A stretch of DNA of 64,000 bases from Melioribacteraceae bacterium. Its GTDB lineage: Bacteria > Bacteroidota > Ignavibacteria > Ignavibacteriales > Melioribacteraceae. How positions within the stretch are numbered: the stretch's first letter is position 1; the number at the start of each line of letters is the position of its first letter. The notes under the pieces were generated by a model. It had not been told where the DNA came from, did no database searches, and saw only the letters and a program-made list of their open reading frames with translations. The stretch is taken from the NCBI GenBank assembly GCA_021647785.1, contig JAKIUC010000016.1, positions 10,915 to 74,914 of the forward strand, read 5' to 3'. The translations under genes and the position numbers were made by a program. Below, in pieces: positions 26,981-37,281 of this stretch.

Positions 26981-28779
26981 TAAGCAGTCTGCAACATAAA
27001 CTGTTTTAATTCCAGTTCTAAATTCTCCAAATCGGAAATTACTTTATCATAAGTCTCTTTTAGAGAATCTCTATTTTCAGCAAACATTTTCTTGTAGTAT
27101 TCAATTCCGTTATTCAAGTTTGTATTAAAAGTGTCAAAGTATTTAATCTGTTTATCAGTAAAGGGAGAAGGGGCTTCCTCCATTTTACTCTTTAAGAAAT
27201 CTACATACATCTTTAATTCTTTGATAAACATATTTGGACGATTATCTGTGTTAAGAATATTAATTTTCCCATAAATATGATCGACCATTTCTTTAAGCGA
27301 AAAAACACCGGAAAAATATGCCATGTTTGGACCTGGACAAATAGAGACAGCCTCACCTTCCATTTTTACATCGAGATTATTAACTATCAATGCAGAATTT
27401 GTGAGTCCGTTGCACAAACATTCTTTTTCTGTAATTTTATTATACTTTGAATCATATTCGGTTTCAGTTAAGTCTTCTGCTTTTAATTCATCTAATTTAA
27501 TATTTATAAATTTTTTGGAGGCTGTGCACAATGCTTTTTCAGTATAAGTTGTATCGAATGCTAAAAATCTTTTAGGGCAAGCACTTCCAGCTTTTCCGGC
27601 AGCGGCAAGTTCTTTCCGCTCAATATCTTTTAAACTGCCTCGCACATTGTTGAATGGAATTCCAAGTGGAGAAGCATTCGATAAATATAAATCCTCCTCT
27701 TTTGCATCACTTAAAATTTTCATTGTTTTCTCATCAACAGTTGTTGCTTCAGGAACTAAGAGAAAAGGAGTTCCCCATCCAACTGAATCAACCTCAAAAT
27801 AATTCAACAGAAACTGATGTTCGTCAGCAGTTCCTACGCCACCTTGAGCAGTAAGTTTAACTTCTGGAATTATGGTTGGAGCTACTTTCCCTTTTCTATC
27901 CAAAGCATCTTTAAACATTTTAAATGTTGTTTCAAGTAATGTTTCACGGTTGTTTTTGAATTCATCCAAAATTGGACCTAACAAGTATCCATCAGATGCA
28001 AATGCATGTCCGCCACAATTAAGCCCAGATTCTATGCGGAACTCTGAAATCCAAAGTCCTTTTTTAGCAAAGAACTTTCCTTGAATTAAAGCTGAACGGT
28101 AATCACTAACTTTCAGAATAATTTTCTTTTTAATATTTCCTTCAGCATCAGGATAAAAATCATCGAACTTTTCCATGTATCCAAAAAGTCGAGGGTTCAT
28201 TCCAGCAGAGAGTACTATCGAAGATTTAAGTTTACTATTGGCATAACCCCGAATTGCAGTATGTGCGTTGTTATGCTCAACTGGCTGCTGTTCGTTCCCA
28301 ATATAATTTGGTCCATCTAATTTTGTCATAATATTAACATCAATACCACCAATAGTTAAATTTTCATGTAACCATTTCTGAATCTCTTTGATGTTATGAT
28401 TGTTCTCTATCATTTCATCAAAGCGTTCCTTTAAATCGGAAAACGATGGAAGGAGTTCAAAATATTTTTCTAACTCCCCCCGCTTCTCAACTACAGAGTT
28501 TTTGAGGTTATCAAATTTTTTCTTTACAATTTCATCTACCAAATTGAGATATGATGTAATCCGTTCTGCCCTAAAATCTTCCATTTTAGTTGTAATTGGT
28601 TCAAATGGGAAGTTGAATTTTTCAGCATAATATTTACGCATTTTTTCAAGCAAGTTATGCTCAAATATCGACATCACAGAAGATATTCCGAGGTGAGCAG
28701 TTTTAATTGGGGAATCTATAGTGTAGCTTAATCCCATTACAGGAATATGAAATGTATGTTTAGATTTAGTATTACTCAT
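26980..28779 (-). CDS. conserved-looking hypothetical protein, 599 aa (possible FMN/TIM-barrel-like core, unverified)
   Basis: Long uninterrupted ORF with an AAAGG SD. Motifs FHIPVMGLSYTIDSPIK, GLNCGGHAF, LTAQGGVGTADEH, ECLCNGL, SICPGPN. I cannot assign a family from memory. Confidence 0.5.
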   Translation of the reverse strand: MSNTKSKHTFHIPVMGLSYTIDSPIKTAHLGISSVMSIFEHNLLEKMRKYYAEKFNFPFEPITTKMEDFRAERITSYLNLVDEIVKKKFDNLKNSVVEKRGELEKYFELLPSFSDLKERFDEMIENNHNIKEIQKWLHENLTIGGIDVNIMTKLDGPNYIGNEQQPVEHNNAHTAIRGYANSKLKSSIVLSAGMNPRLFGYMEKFDDFYPDAEGNIKKKIILKVSDYRSALIQGKFFAKKGLWISEFRIESGLNCGGHAFASDGYLLGPILDEFKNNRETLLETTFKMFKDALDRKGKVAPTIIPEVKLTAQGGVGTADEHQFLLNYFEVDSVGWGTPFLLVPEATTVDEKTMKILSDAKEEDLYLSNASPLGIPFNNVRGSLKDIERKELAAAGKAGSACPKRFLAFDTTYTEKALCTASKKFINIKLDELKAEDLTETEYDSKYNKITEKECLCNGLTNSALIVNNLDVKMEGEAVSICPGPNMAYFSGVFSLKEMVDHIYGKINILNTDNRPNMFIKELKMYVDFLKSKMEEAPSPFTDKQIKYFDTFNTNLNNGIEYYKKMFAENRDSLKETYDKVISDLENLELELKQFMLQTA

Positions 28780-28844
28780 TTTTTACCTTTCATAAATAAT
28801 AAAGTTGTTTAATAAGTTACAAAAGAAATTAGATTAATTAAATA

Positions 28845-30614
28845 CTATTTTTTATATCTTTTTCTATCCGATTTTTCCGAAGAATTTCGAGAACCTCTCG
28901 AAGATTTTCTTCCCGATTTGAATCTTGGTTTATCTCCGTCTCTATTTCTTCTATCTGACCGTGAAGAACGTGATTTTTTTGCAGGTTCTTTTCCTGAAAT
29001 TTCAAGGTTTACTTTTCTCCCCTTGTAAGTCTGAGTGTTAAAGGCTGTTAAAAGTTCATCCTTAAATTTACTATCAACTTCAAAGAATGAAAATGTTTTT
29101 TTAATATCAATTTCACCAATCTCAATATCACGAATTCCTGTGAAGTCATTAACCATTCCAATTAAATCAACAGGTCTAATTTTATCCATCTGCCCAAGAT
29201 TTAAGAAGAAGCGTGTATATCCTTGTTGTGTATTTCTGCGGTTCGAGCCTCCATCTCTATCTTTTCTCGATTTTCTTTCATCAGAGGGTTTGTTTAAATC
29301 TGGAGTGTTTTTATAATATTCCGTAAAACGATTAAACTCAACCGAAACAAATTTCTTAATCAGTTCGTCTCTATCAAGCCATTCCAATTTTTTACTTATT
29401 TCCGGAATAAATTCATCAATCTGTGCAGAATCAACAGCTACCTTCTGCATCCTATCAATTACATGAAACAACTGAACTTTACAAATTTCTTTTCCAAGCG
29501 GAACAGGAAGATGTTCAATTTTTTTTCCAATCTGTTTTTCAATTAGTGAAATTTTTCTTTTCTCTTTAAGATTTGAAATAATAATTGATATGCCAAATTT
29601 TCCAGCTCTTCCGGTTCTTCCACTTCTGTGAGTATAAATTTCAAGTTCGTCAGGCAAGTTGTAATTAATTACGTGAGTTAAATCTGTAACATCAAGTCCA
29701 CGTGCAGCAACATCGGTAGCCACAAGTAAACTGATATGTTTTACTCTAAATTTCCCCATCACAACATCGCGTTGTGCTTGCGATAAATCGCCATGAAGTG
29801 CATCCGCATTATATCCATCTTGCATCAATTTTTCAGCAACATCTTGGGTTTCACGTCTTGTTCTACAAAAAACAATTCCATAAACATTGGGGTTAAAATC
29901 CACAATCCGTTTTAGTGCAAGGTATCTATCTTTTGCATGAACCGAATAACAGATGTGAGAAACATTCTCTGCACCAGCATTCTTTTTACCAACTGTAAAC
30001 TCAATTGCATTGTTCATAAATTTGTCTGCAATCTTTTTTACTTCCTTAGGCATTGTTGCAGAGAAAAGAAGTGCTTGCTTCTCCTTTGGAGTATCTGTTA
30101 AAATTGCCTCAAGGTCTTCGCGGAAACCCATATTTAACATTTCATCTGCTTCATCTAAAACAACTGTTTTGATATTTCTTAAATCAACAACTCTTCTTTT
30201 TATTAAATCTAACAAACGCCCGGGAGTAGCCGATATAATGTGTGCCCCTCTCTTAATCGCTTTTATTTGATGCTCAATGCTTGCACCACCAAAAACAGCT
30301 ACAATTTTTATCTTATCGTTATATTTGGAATAGTCTTTTAAATCTTCAGCAATCTGCACACAAAGTTCACGTGTAGGACTAATTATTACATGCTGTGTTT
30401 TTTTGTTCTTTGTATTAACTCTTTGAAGTAGCGGCAAACCAAAAGCGGCTGTTTTACCAGTTCCAGTTTGGGCAAGGGCAACTATATCGTTCCCTTCATC
30501 ACTTAACAATTGCGGTATAACTTTCTCTTGAACTGGCATTGGTTTTTCAAAACCAAGTTCCTCAATAGCTTTTAAAAATCCACCCTCTATTCCTATCTCT
30601 ACAAAACTTTTCAT
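28845..30614 (-). CDS. deaD: DEAD-box ATP-dependent RNA helicase with DbpA-type RNA-binding domain and basic tail
   Basis: Q-motif GFEKPMPVQ, AQTGTGKT, PTRELC, DEADEM, SAT, HRSGRTGRAG. C-terminal R/K/S-rich tail. Confidence 0.9.
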   Translation of the reverse strand: MKSFVEIGIEGGFLKAIEELGFEKPMPVQEKVIPQLLSDEGNDIVALAQTGTGKTAAFGLPLLQRVNTKNKKTQHVIISPTRELCVQIAEDLKDYSKYNDKIKIVAVFGGASIEHQIKAIKRGAHIISATPGRLLDLIKRRVVDLRNIKTVVLDEADEMLNMGFREDLEAILTDTPKEKQALLFSATMPKEVKKIADKFMNNAIEFTVGKKNAGAENVSHICYSVHAKDRYLALKRIVDFNPNVYGIVFCRTRRETQDVAEKLMQDGYNADALHGDLSQAQRDVVMGKFRVKHISLLVATDVAARGLDVTDLTHVINYNLPDELEIYTHRSGRTGRAGKFGISIIISNLKEKRKISLIEKQIGKKIEHLPVPLGKEICKVQLFHVIDRMQKVAVDSAQIDEFIPEISKKLEWLDRDELIKKFVSVEFNRFTEYYKNTPDLNKPSDERKSRKDRDGGSNRRNTQQGYTRFFLNLGQMDKIRPVDLIGMVNDFTGIRDIEIGEIDIKKTFSFFEVDSKFKDELLTAFNTQTYKGRKVNLEISGKEPAKKSRSSRSDRRNRDGDKPRFKSGRKSSRGSRNSSEKSDRKRYKK

Positions 30615-30743
30615 TATATTCTCTTTTCAATTAAAATCAACTTTAAAGATACTCATAAATAGAGAGTTACGTTGAAAATAATTGGGGTGCGATTATTGTG
30701 TTGAAAGTGTTTAAAGTTATAAGTTTAGGCGCTTATAACTTTT

Positions 30744-31622
30744 TCACTTTTCTCCCATTTCCTCTTGCAGCTCTTCAAGGTTATCGGCTGATGCAGAGAA
30801 ATCAGGATTAATTTCTAATGCCTTTTTATATTGTGCTATTGCATCATCATATCTTTTTGCAGCTTTGTAACCATCGCCAAGGCTATCATACGAATTTGCA
30901 CTCTCCGGATTTATCTTAACTTGTTTCTCAAATGCTTCTATTGCTTTATCAATATTGTTTTCTCCAAGATAATAATAGCCAAGTGAGTTGAAAAAATTCC
31001 CAAGCGATTTATCATTTTCAAAGTTTTTCTCTAACATGTTTATTTGTATCTCAACAGAATCCATTTTTTCTTGTTTCAGATAGATTCTTGCTAATGCTGT
31101 TCTCCCTTTCATTTCATCAAACTTTATTAATTCTTTAGCATTTAGTTTTGCTTTTTCAATATCGCCGCCCATAATGCCCGGAGCAGCGAGATAAAAATTT
31201 ATTACTCCTATTCTTCCTGGAATGTGTGTTGGGTCAAGCTCAACGGCTCTTTCAAACTCTTCCAAAATATCTGACGCCATCAGTGCTTGAGAAATATAGT
31301 TGGATTCTCGTGCATCCATTGCTATTGCTTGCCCTAACCAAAAATGATAGTCGGCATTTTCATCAAGTAAATCAACGGCTTCTTCAAAACTCTCGGTTGC
31401 CTCTTCATAATCTTTTAATCCCATCCATGTTTTTCCAAGAGTGAAATAGGCTTCATGATTTTTATCGTCATCATCAATAATTTTTTCAAGAATGGTTTTG
31501 GCAGCTTCAAAGTTTTTTTCATTAATAAGTTCTTTGGCTTTTTGTAAATCATCATTTTGAAAAGCTGAAATTGGCTGAGTTAATATTGGAAGGGCTAATA
31601 ATAATACAATTAAATAGTGCAT
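30744..31622 (-). CDS. secreted TPR repeat protein
   Basis: Signal peptide plus multiple TPR units (AYFTLGKTWMGLKDYEEA, AIAQYKKALEINPD). Confidence 0.7.
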   Translation of the reverse strand: MHYLIVLLLALPILTQPISAFQNDDLQKAKELINEKNFEAAKTILEKIIDDDDKNHEAYFTLGKTWMGLKDYEEATESFEEAVDLLDENADYHFWLGQAIAMDARESNYISQALMASDILEEFERAVELDPTHIPGRIGVINFYLAAPGIMGGDIEKAKLNAKELIKFDEMKGRTALARIYLKQEKMDSVEIQINMLEKNFENDKSLGNFFNSLGYYYLGENNIDKAIEAFEKQVKINPESANSYDSLGDGYKAAKRYDDAIAQYKKALEINPDFSASADNLEELQEEMGEK

Positions 31623-31809
31623 AAAATAAACTCCTTTTTTTTTGATGAATATTATAAATATAAAACATTTATTCTTTTGCTGAAGAAGAAATATTTGTTT
31701 TCAATTTTTATTTAAAATATCTTAGATTTTGACGTACATACTGCAAATTTGTTTGAAGAGTTATTAACAATTTGCTAAATTTTTAAACTACATTTTAAAT
31801 TAGGAACAT

Positions 31810-32532
31810 ATGATGCCAAAAAAAATAATTTATGACCAGTATCAAATAGTTTTAAATACTGCCGATTTTGTTAAGAAAAAACTCGCTAATGCTGAGGGTG
31901 GACACGATTGGTGGCACATCTATCGTGTTTGGCAAATAGTACAAAAAATAACAAAAACAGAATTATCCGATGGCTTTATTATTCAACTTGGAGCATTGCT
32001 GCATGATATTGCTGATTCAAAATTTCACAATGGTGATGAAACAATTGGACCTAAAATAGCCGGAGAATTTCTGCAATCGCAAAATGTTCCGGAGGATATA
32101 ATCATGCATATAAAAGCTATAATTGAAAACATCTCATTCAAAGGTGGAAAAGAAAAACAGAAGTTTAGTTCTTTGGAATTGGATGTAATACAAGATGCCG
32201 ATAGGCTTGATGCACTTGGTGCTATTGGCATTGCAAGGGCATTCAATTATGGCGGGTTTAAAAATAGAGAAATTTATAATCCGGAAATTGACCCAAATTT
32301 AAACATGACGAAAGAGGAATATAAAAATAATACCGCACCAACAATAAATCATTTCTATGAAAAACTGTTTTTGTTAAAAGATATGATGAACACAGCAACC
32401 GGAAAAAAGATGGCAGAGGAGAGACATAGGTTTATGGAAGAGTATTTAAAACAGTTTTATAAAGAGTGGGAAGGTGGTTTCTGCCAAAGGCATCCATTCG
32501 GAGGCTCCGCTCAACCACCGAGTTATAAATAG
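31810..32532 (+). CDS. HD-domain phosphohydrolase (YedJ-like)
   Basis: GGHDWWHIYRV, LLHDIADSKF, DADRLDALGAIG motifs. The last about 19 codons (GGFCQRHPFGGSAQPPSYK) are encoded by a REP-like hairpin arm. Confidence 0.8.
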   Translation: MMPKKIIYDQYQIVLNTADFVKKKLANAEGGHDWWHIYRVWQIVQKITKTELSDGFIIQLGALLHDIADSKFHNGDETIGPKIAGEFLQSQNVPEDIIMHIKAIIENISFKGGKEKQKFSSLELDVIQDADRLDALGAIGIARAFNYGGFKNREIYNPEIDPNLNMTKEEYKNNTAPTINHFYEKLFLLKDMMNTATGKKMAEERHRFMEEYLKQFYKEWEGGFCQRHPFGGSAQPPSYK

Positions 32533-32564
32533 GTGTACCATTTTAACGTAGGCTGAGCGGAGTC
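32503..32564. repeat. GC-rich REP-like hairpin GGCTCCGCTCAACC / GGCTGAGCGGAGTC spanning the HD gene stop
   Basis: Arms complementary at 11/12 positions. Between convergent genes. Confidence 0.55.
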
Positions 32565-32574
32565 GAAGCCGAAA

Positions 32575-33930
32575 TCACATATTAATAATATCATTATAAA
32601 TAATAAACGCCATTAGCATCAACAACAAAACAAACCCTGCATTCTGAATTGCAATTTTAATCTTAATAGGAATCTCTCGTCTAATAATTCCTTCAACCAA
32701 AATTATTACAAAATGTCCGCCATCCAAAACTGGAAATGGGAGAATGTTCAATATTGCCAAGCTTAAACTAAAGACTGCAAGAAATCTTAGGTACGGAATT
32801 ATTCCTAAATCAGCAGCATCTGCAGCAAATTGTGCAATTTTTACTGGACCAGCAAAGGCTTGTGCAACTTCCAACTTACCAAATATTACTCTGCCCATAT
32901 ATTCAAATGTAACAGATACGTATAGAACAACGTCTTCAAGTCCGGAGCCAATTGCTGCAAAAAATGAATATTTTTCGTATTCAATTAAGCCTGAATAGCT
33001 ATTCTTTATCTCAATTCCAATTTTACCTTCAATCCCAGGTGTAACAGAAGTTAAAACCGTATCTTCATTACGTAATATTGTGATTTGAAGTTCGGTGTCA
33101 GGGTTGGAAGATACTACTTCAATAATTTTTGCACTATTCTTAATTGTAATATTATTTATTGAAATGAAAAGATCTCCCGCTTCAATACCAGCATCATTAG
33201 CAGGCGAATCTTCAACTACCTTTGCTATTACAGGCCTAACTTCTCCAAGCGGAAGGAAATATTGCTCTTGAGAAGCTTTTCCTAACAGTTCTGTTGAAAT
33301 AGTAAATGAAATTTTACTGCTATCTCGGAAAACAGAAACTTCTTTAGCAACACTACTGTTTTCAACAAAAAGAGAAGTATAAATTGCTTGCCAATCTTCA
33401 ATCTCATTTCCATTTATTGCAAGTACTTTATCACCACTTCTAAAACCTGCTTCATGAGCCAAAGTTTCTTCTTCAACAATTCCTACAGAAGTAGTTTTTA
33501 TTATCTGCTTACCCTGAAAATAATTTATTCCTGAAAAGATAGTTATTGTAAGTAATAAGTTCATTAACACACCTGCTGTGATAACAAACAATTTTTGATA
33601 AGTTGGTTTTGCTCTAAACTCATAAGGCTTGGGTTTTGTTTTTGCAAAACTGTTATCAAAACTTTCATCAATCATTCCGGCAATTTTTACATAACCACCA
33701 AGTGGAAGAAGTGAAATACGATAATCTGTATGCCCTTGCATATCAAGGTCTTTAGAGAGGTCACCAAATGTTAAACCATTTATTTGGTTCCACCCCAACA
33801 ATCTTTTTCCAAAACCAATTGCAAAAACATCTGTTCTCATTTTGCACATTCGAGCAGCAAGAAAATGCCCCAACTCATGTACAAAAACTAAGATTCCTAT
33901 TGTAAGTATAAAATAAATTATATAATCCAT
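32575..33930 (-). CDS. rseP: RIP zinc metalloprotease (site-2 protease) with PDZ domains
   Basis: HELGHFLAARMC near the N-terminus, PDZ-like GDKVLAINGNEI / GDLFISINNITI, C-terminal LNILPFPVLDGGH. Confidence 0.92.
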   Translation of the reverse strand: MDYIIYFILTIGILVFVHELGHFLAARMCKMRTDVFAIGFGKRLLGWNQINGLTFGDLSKDLDMQGHTDYRISLLPLGGYVKIAGMIDESFDNSFAKTKPKPYEFRAKPTYQKLFVITAGVLMNLLLTITIFSGINYFQGKQIIKTTSVGIVEEETLAHEAGFRSGDKVLAINGNEIEDWQAIYTSLFVENSSVAKEVSVFRDSSKISFTISTELLGKASQEQYFLPLGEVRPVIAKVVEDSPANDAGIEAGDLFISINNITIKNSAKIIEVVSSNPDTELQITILRNEDTVLTSVTPGIEGKIGIEIKNSYSGLIEYEKYSFFAAIGSGLEDVVLYVSVTFEYMGRVIFGKLEVAQAFAGPVKIAQFAADAADLGIIPYLRFLAVFSLSLAILNILPFPVLDGGHFVIILVEGIIRREIPIKIKIAIQNAGFVLLLMLMAFIIYNDIINM

Positions 33931-33948
33931 TAATTAAATTTCCTTTTA

Positions 33949-35091
33949 TTAAACTTTAAAATATTCTCGTGTTAAACTATCACATTCAACAATTGTTTCT
34001 AAATCTACAACAGATTTAATTTCAATCTTATCCAATGCTTCTTTAATCAATTCTGGAATTGCAGTAAATGATATTTCATTATTCAAAAATTTTTGAACAG
34101 CAATTTCGTTGGCAGCATTTAAAATGCATGGTGCCGTTTCACCTATTTTCATTACATCAAATGCTAATTGTAAGCATTCAAATTTTGTTAGGTCTGGCTT
34201 GAAGAATGTTAACTCTGCAATTTCAGTTAATTTTGTGTTTGTAAAACTGTTTGATAATCTCTCCGGATAAGTTAACGCATACTGAATTGGAAGCCTCATA
34301 TCGGGCTTACTCAACTGCGCCTTTATTGAACCATCAACAAACTCGACCATTGAATGAATAATTGATTGCGGATGAATTGTAACATCAATCTTACTTGGCG
34401 ATAAATTGAAAAACCAATGAGCCTCAATCATCTCTAAGCCTTTGTTCATCATTGTTGCAGAATCGATAGTTACTTTATTTCCCATATTCCAATTTGGATG
34501 GTTGAGAGCTTCCGCAACAGTTACATTCTCTAACTCCTCTCTCGACTTCCTAAAAAATGGTCCGCCAGATGCAGTTAAAATTAATTTTTCAATCTCTTTA
34601 TGTTTCTCACCCACCAAACATTGGAATATTGCACTATGTTCAGAATCAACAGGAATTAATTCTGAGTTGAATTCTTCTGCAAGTTGAGTAATGATTTCGC
34701 CAGCAACTACAAGGGTTTCCTTATTTGCGAGTGCAATTCTCTTGCCCCGTTTAATTCCTTCAATTGTAGGTTGTAGCCCTGCAAAACCAACAAGAGCCGA
34801 TAGAAGAATATCATAATCAGCATCTCTTGTTCCGGATATTATTCCTTCATTACCAATAAGTAGAGTTATATCTTTCGATAAATTATCCTTCAATTGCAAA
34901 GCTAATTTTTCATCTCTAACTGCAACAAATTTTGGATTAAACTCCTCAATTTGTTTTTGTAGCAACTCAATATTTCGGTTTGCTGTAATACCAACCACTT
35001 CAAAAGAATCTTGATGTAAACGAATTACATCGAGCGTACTAACACCAATAGAACCAGTTGAGCCAAGTATGAAGACTTTCTTTTTATCCAT
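33949..35091 (-). CDS. dxr: 1-deoxy-D-xylulose 5-phosphate reductoisomerase
   Basis: ILGSTGSIG, LANKETLV, PVDSEHSAIFQC, NKGLEMIEAHWFF motifs. Confidence 0.95.
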   Translation of the reverse strand: MDKKKVFILGSTGSIGVSTLDVIRLHQDSFEVVGITANRNIELLQKQIEEFNPKFVAVRDEKLALQLKDNLSKDITLLIGNEGIISGTRDADYDILLSALVGFAGLQPTIEGIKRGKRIALANKETLVVAGEIITQLAEEFNSELIPVDSEHSAIFQCLVGEKHKEIEKLILTASGGPFFRKSREELENVTVAEALNHPNWNMGNKVTIDSATMMNKGLEMIEAHWFFNLSPSKIDVTIHPQSIIHSMVEFVDGSIKAQLSKPDMRLPIQYALTYPERLSNSFTNTKLTEIAELTFFKPDLTKFECLQLAFDVMKIGETAPCILNAANEIAVQKFLNNEISFTAIPELIKEALDKIEIKSVVDLETIVECDSLTREYFKV

Positions 35092-35187
35092 TCCACATAA
35101 ATTAAATAATTTGAGTTACGAAATTACGGATTTATTAGATGAAACGAGCATGATTATTCTAAACACACAGGTCAATGATTATAAAAG

Positions 35188-35281
35188 CGAAGGTCATTCC
35201 GGCAATTTTTTAGCCGGAATCTAAAAAACAAAGCGAGATTCCCCCGAAGGGGTAAACTGTCTAAAAGCATGACGGAATGAC
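35188..35281. repeat. REP-like composite hairpin (GTCATTCCGGC...GCCGGAAT...CCCCGAAGGGG...GGAATGAC)
   Basis: ATTCCGGC (35196-35203)/GCCGGAAT (35213-35220). CCCC-GAA-GGGG (35242-35252). GTCATTCC (35193-35200)/GGAATGAC (35274-35281). Confidence 0.55.
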
Positions 35282-35465
35282 AAGTTTTAGGAATTATAAA
35301 CATATGAACGAGTTAAAAATAATTTGTTGATATTACGGTCTAATATTTTAACCCGCAATATTAATTATACATAATTCTTGTTAATTCTTTAAAAAATGGG
35401 TTGAAATTTATCTTATCTTTCACAATCTTTCGTTTTCAGCCAATTAATAATAATAAAAGAATTAA

Positions 35466-37079
35466 ATGTCATCTTCTAATAAGTCAGAAGCCACTTTAAT
35501 TACCGAAATAAAAGAGCTAAAACAAAAACTCTCTTTTATGGAGATGATGCGCGGTGAAAAATTTGATTCGAATGAACTTGATTTTGTTAAGTTAAAATTA
35601 GAGTTGGAAAAATCGAGAAGGGGGGCAAGCACAATTGAAAAAAGGCACGAACTACTCTACTCCCAACCATATTTAGGTATTATTTATTTTGATGAAGAAC
35701 GAACAGTTGTTGATTGCAACAAAAGGTTCAGTGAAATAGTTGGCTGCTCACGTAAAGGAATAATTGGACACAACATTTTTAATATTTTTGAAAATAAGGA
35801 AATCCTTTTTTCAATAAAAAAGACTCTTGATGGGTCTTCCTCCACATTTGAAGGTGAATACTTAAAACCTTCTAACAATGAAAAAATATTTATTAGAGGT
35901 CATTTTATAACAGGCTCGCCTGAAAATAATGGAAGTTTAATTAGTGCAGGTATTTTTGAAGATATTACAATCTCTAAGAAAACAGAATTAGAATTAAAAT
36001 TATTAGCACACTCATTTCAAAATATTAGTGAATGCGTTGTTATTTCAGATTCGGATAATACTATAAATTATATAAATAATGCATTTATCAAACTTTATGG
36101 ATATTCGAAAGATGAGATTTTAGGGGAAAAAGTTAAAATTCTTCGTTCACTAAATAACCCAAAGAAAATAAATGATGCAGTCTATAAACCAAAAAATTAT
36201 ACTGACACATGGCAGGGTACTTTATTAAATGTAAAAAAAGATGGTAGTGATTTTCCGGTTTTTCTCTCTTCTGCTACAATAAAAGATTCTGATGGTAACA
36301 ATTATGCACGAATAGGAATTATAAGAGATATCACAAAAGAGAAAAAAATAGAGGAAGAATTAATTGCAGCAAAAACTAAGGCTGAACTTTCTGATAGAAT
36401 GAAATCTGAATTTTTGGGTCAAATGTCGCATGAAATACGAACTCCTGTTAATGTTATTTTAAATGTTTCAAATATGATTCTCGAAGATCACTATTTGGAT
36501 GCTGATGAAGATACAATTTCAACATTTTCGATATTAGATTCTGCTGGAAAAAGAATAATAAGAACTATCGATTTAATATTAAATATGGCTGAAATTCAAG
36601 TGGGGGCTTATAATTATTCCATAAGAGAATTTGATCTATTTGCCGAGATGTATAATTCATTTTACAACGAGTACTTGAAACTGGCTGAGGAAAAAGATTT
36701 AGAATTTGAATGGAGAAAAGAGACTCAGGATACAAAGATTAGTGCCGATTACTATTCGGTTTCACAAATATTTACAAATATTCTTCATAACTCAATTCAG
36801 TTTACTCACATAGGCGAAGTTGAAGTTGTTTTTTCGGAAGATGAAAACAATAACTTAATAGTCAAATTCATAGATACTGGAATTGGGATTTCGGAAGGAT
36901 TTCTACCAAGAATATTTGGTTCTTTTTCGCAAGAGGAGAGTGGGCATACTCGAAGATATGAAGGAAATGGTTTAGGGTTAGCACTCGTAAATGGATATTG
37001 CGAACTTAATAAAATAAAAATTGAAGTTGAAAGTAAAAAAGGATTTGGTTCAACTTTTACACTAACATTTCCTAAATAA
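35466..37079 (+). CDS. PAS-domain sensor histidine kinase
   Basis: Two PAS-like segments, H-box FLGQMSHEIRTPVN, N/G boxes (NSIQFT, DTGIGI, GNGLGLALV). Confidence 0.88.
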   Translation: MSSSNKSEATLITEIKELKQKLSFMEMMRGEKFDSNELDFVKLKLELEKSRRGASTIEKRHELLYSQPYLGIIYFDEERTVVDCNKRFSEIVGCSRKGIIGHNIFNIFENKEILFSIKKTLDGSSSTFEGEYLKPSNNEKIFIRGHFITGSPENNGSLISAGIFEDITISKKTELELKLLAHSFQNISECVVISDSDNTINYINNAFIKLYGYSKDEILGEKVKILRSLNNPKKINDAVYKPKNYTDTWQGTLLNVKKDGSDFPVFLSSATIKDSDGNNYARIGIIRDITKEKKIEEELIAAKTKAELSDRMKSEFLGQMSHEIRTPVNVILNVSNMILEDHYLDADEDTISTFSILDSAGKRIIRTIDLILNMAEIQVGAYNYSIREFDLFAEMYNSFYNEYLKLAEEKDLEFEWRKETQDTKISADYYSVSQIFTNILHNSIQFTHIGEVEVVFSEDENNNLIVKFIDTGIGISEGFLPRIFGSFSQEESGHTRRYEGNGLGLALVNGYCELNKIKIEVESKKGFGSTFTLTFPK

Positions 37080-37156
37080 AATCTAATTTAATATTTGAAA
37101 GGTATTCTACAGACTCTATTGTCGTGTCAAGTTTGTAATGTCGTATGTCTTTTGAA

Positions 37157-37255
37157 CTCACCCCAACCCCTCTCTTGAAAAGAGAGGGACTTTTACTCCC
37201 TCTCCCTTTGGGAGAGGGTTGTCCGAAGGAACTTTGGAAGAGGTGAGGGATTTTT
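37157..37255. repeat. GC-rich cloverleaf-like REP element between convergent genes
   Basis: CCCTCTCT/AGAGAGGG (37168-37188), CCCTCTCCC/GGGAGAGGG (37198-37218), outer CTCACC/GGTGAG (37157-62 / 37242-47), then TTTTT. Confidence 0.6.
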
Positions 37256-37281
37256 GTACGTTATTATATACTTGAACAACT

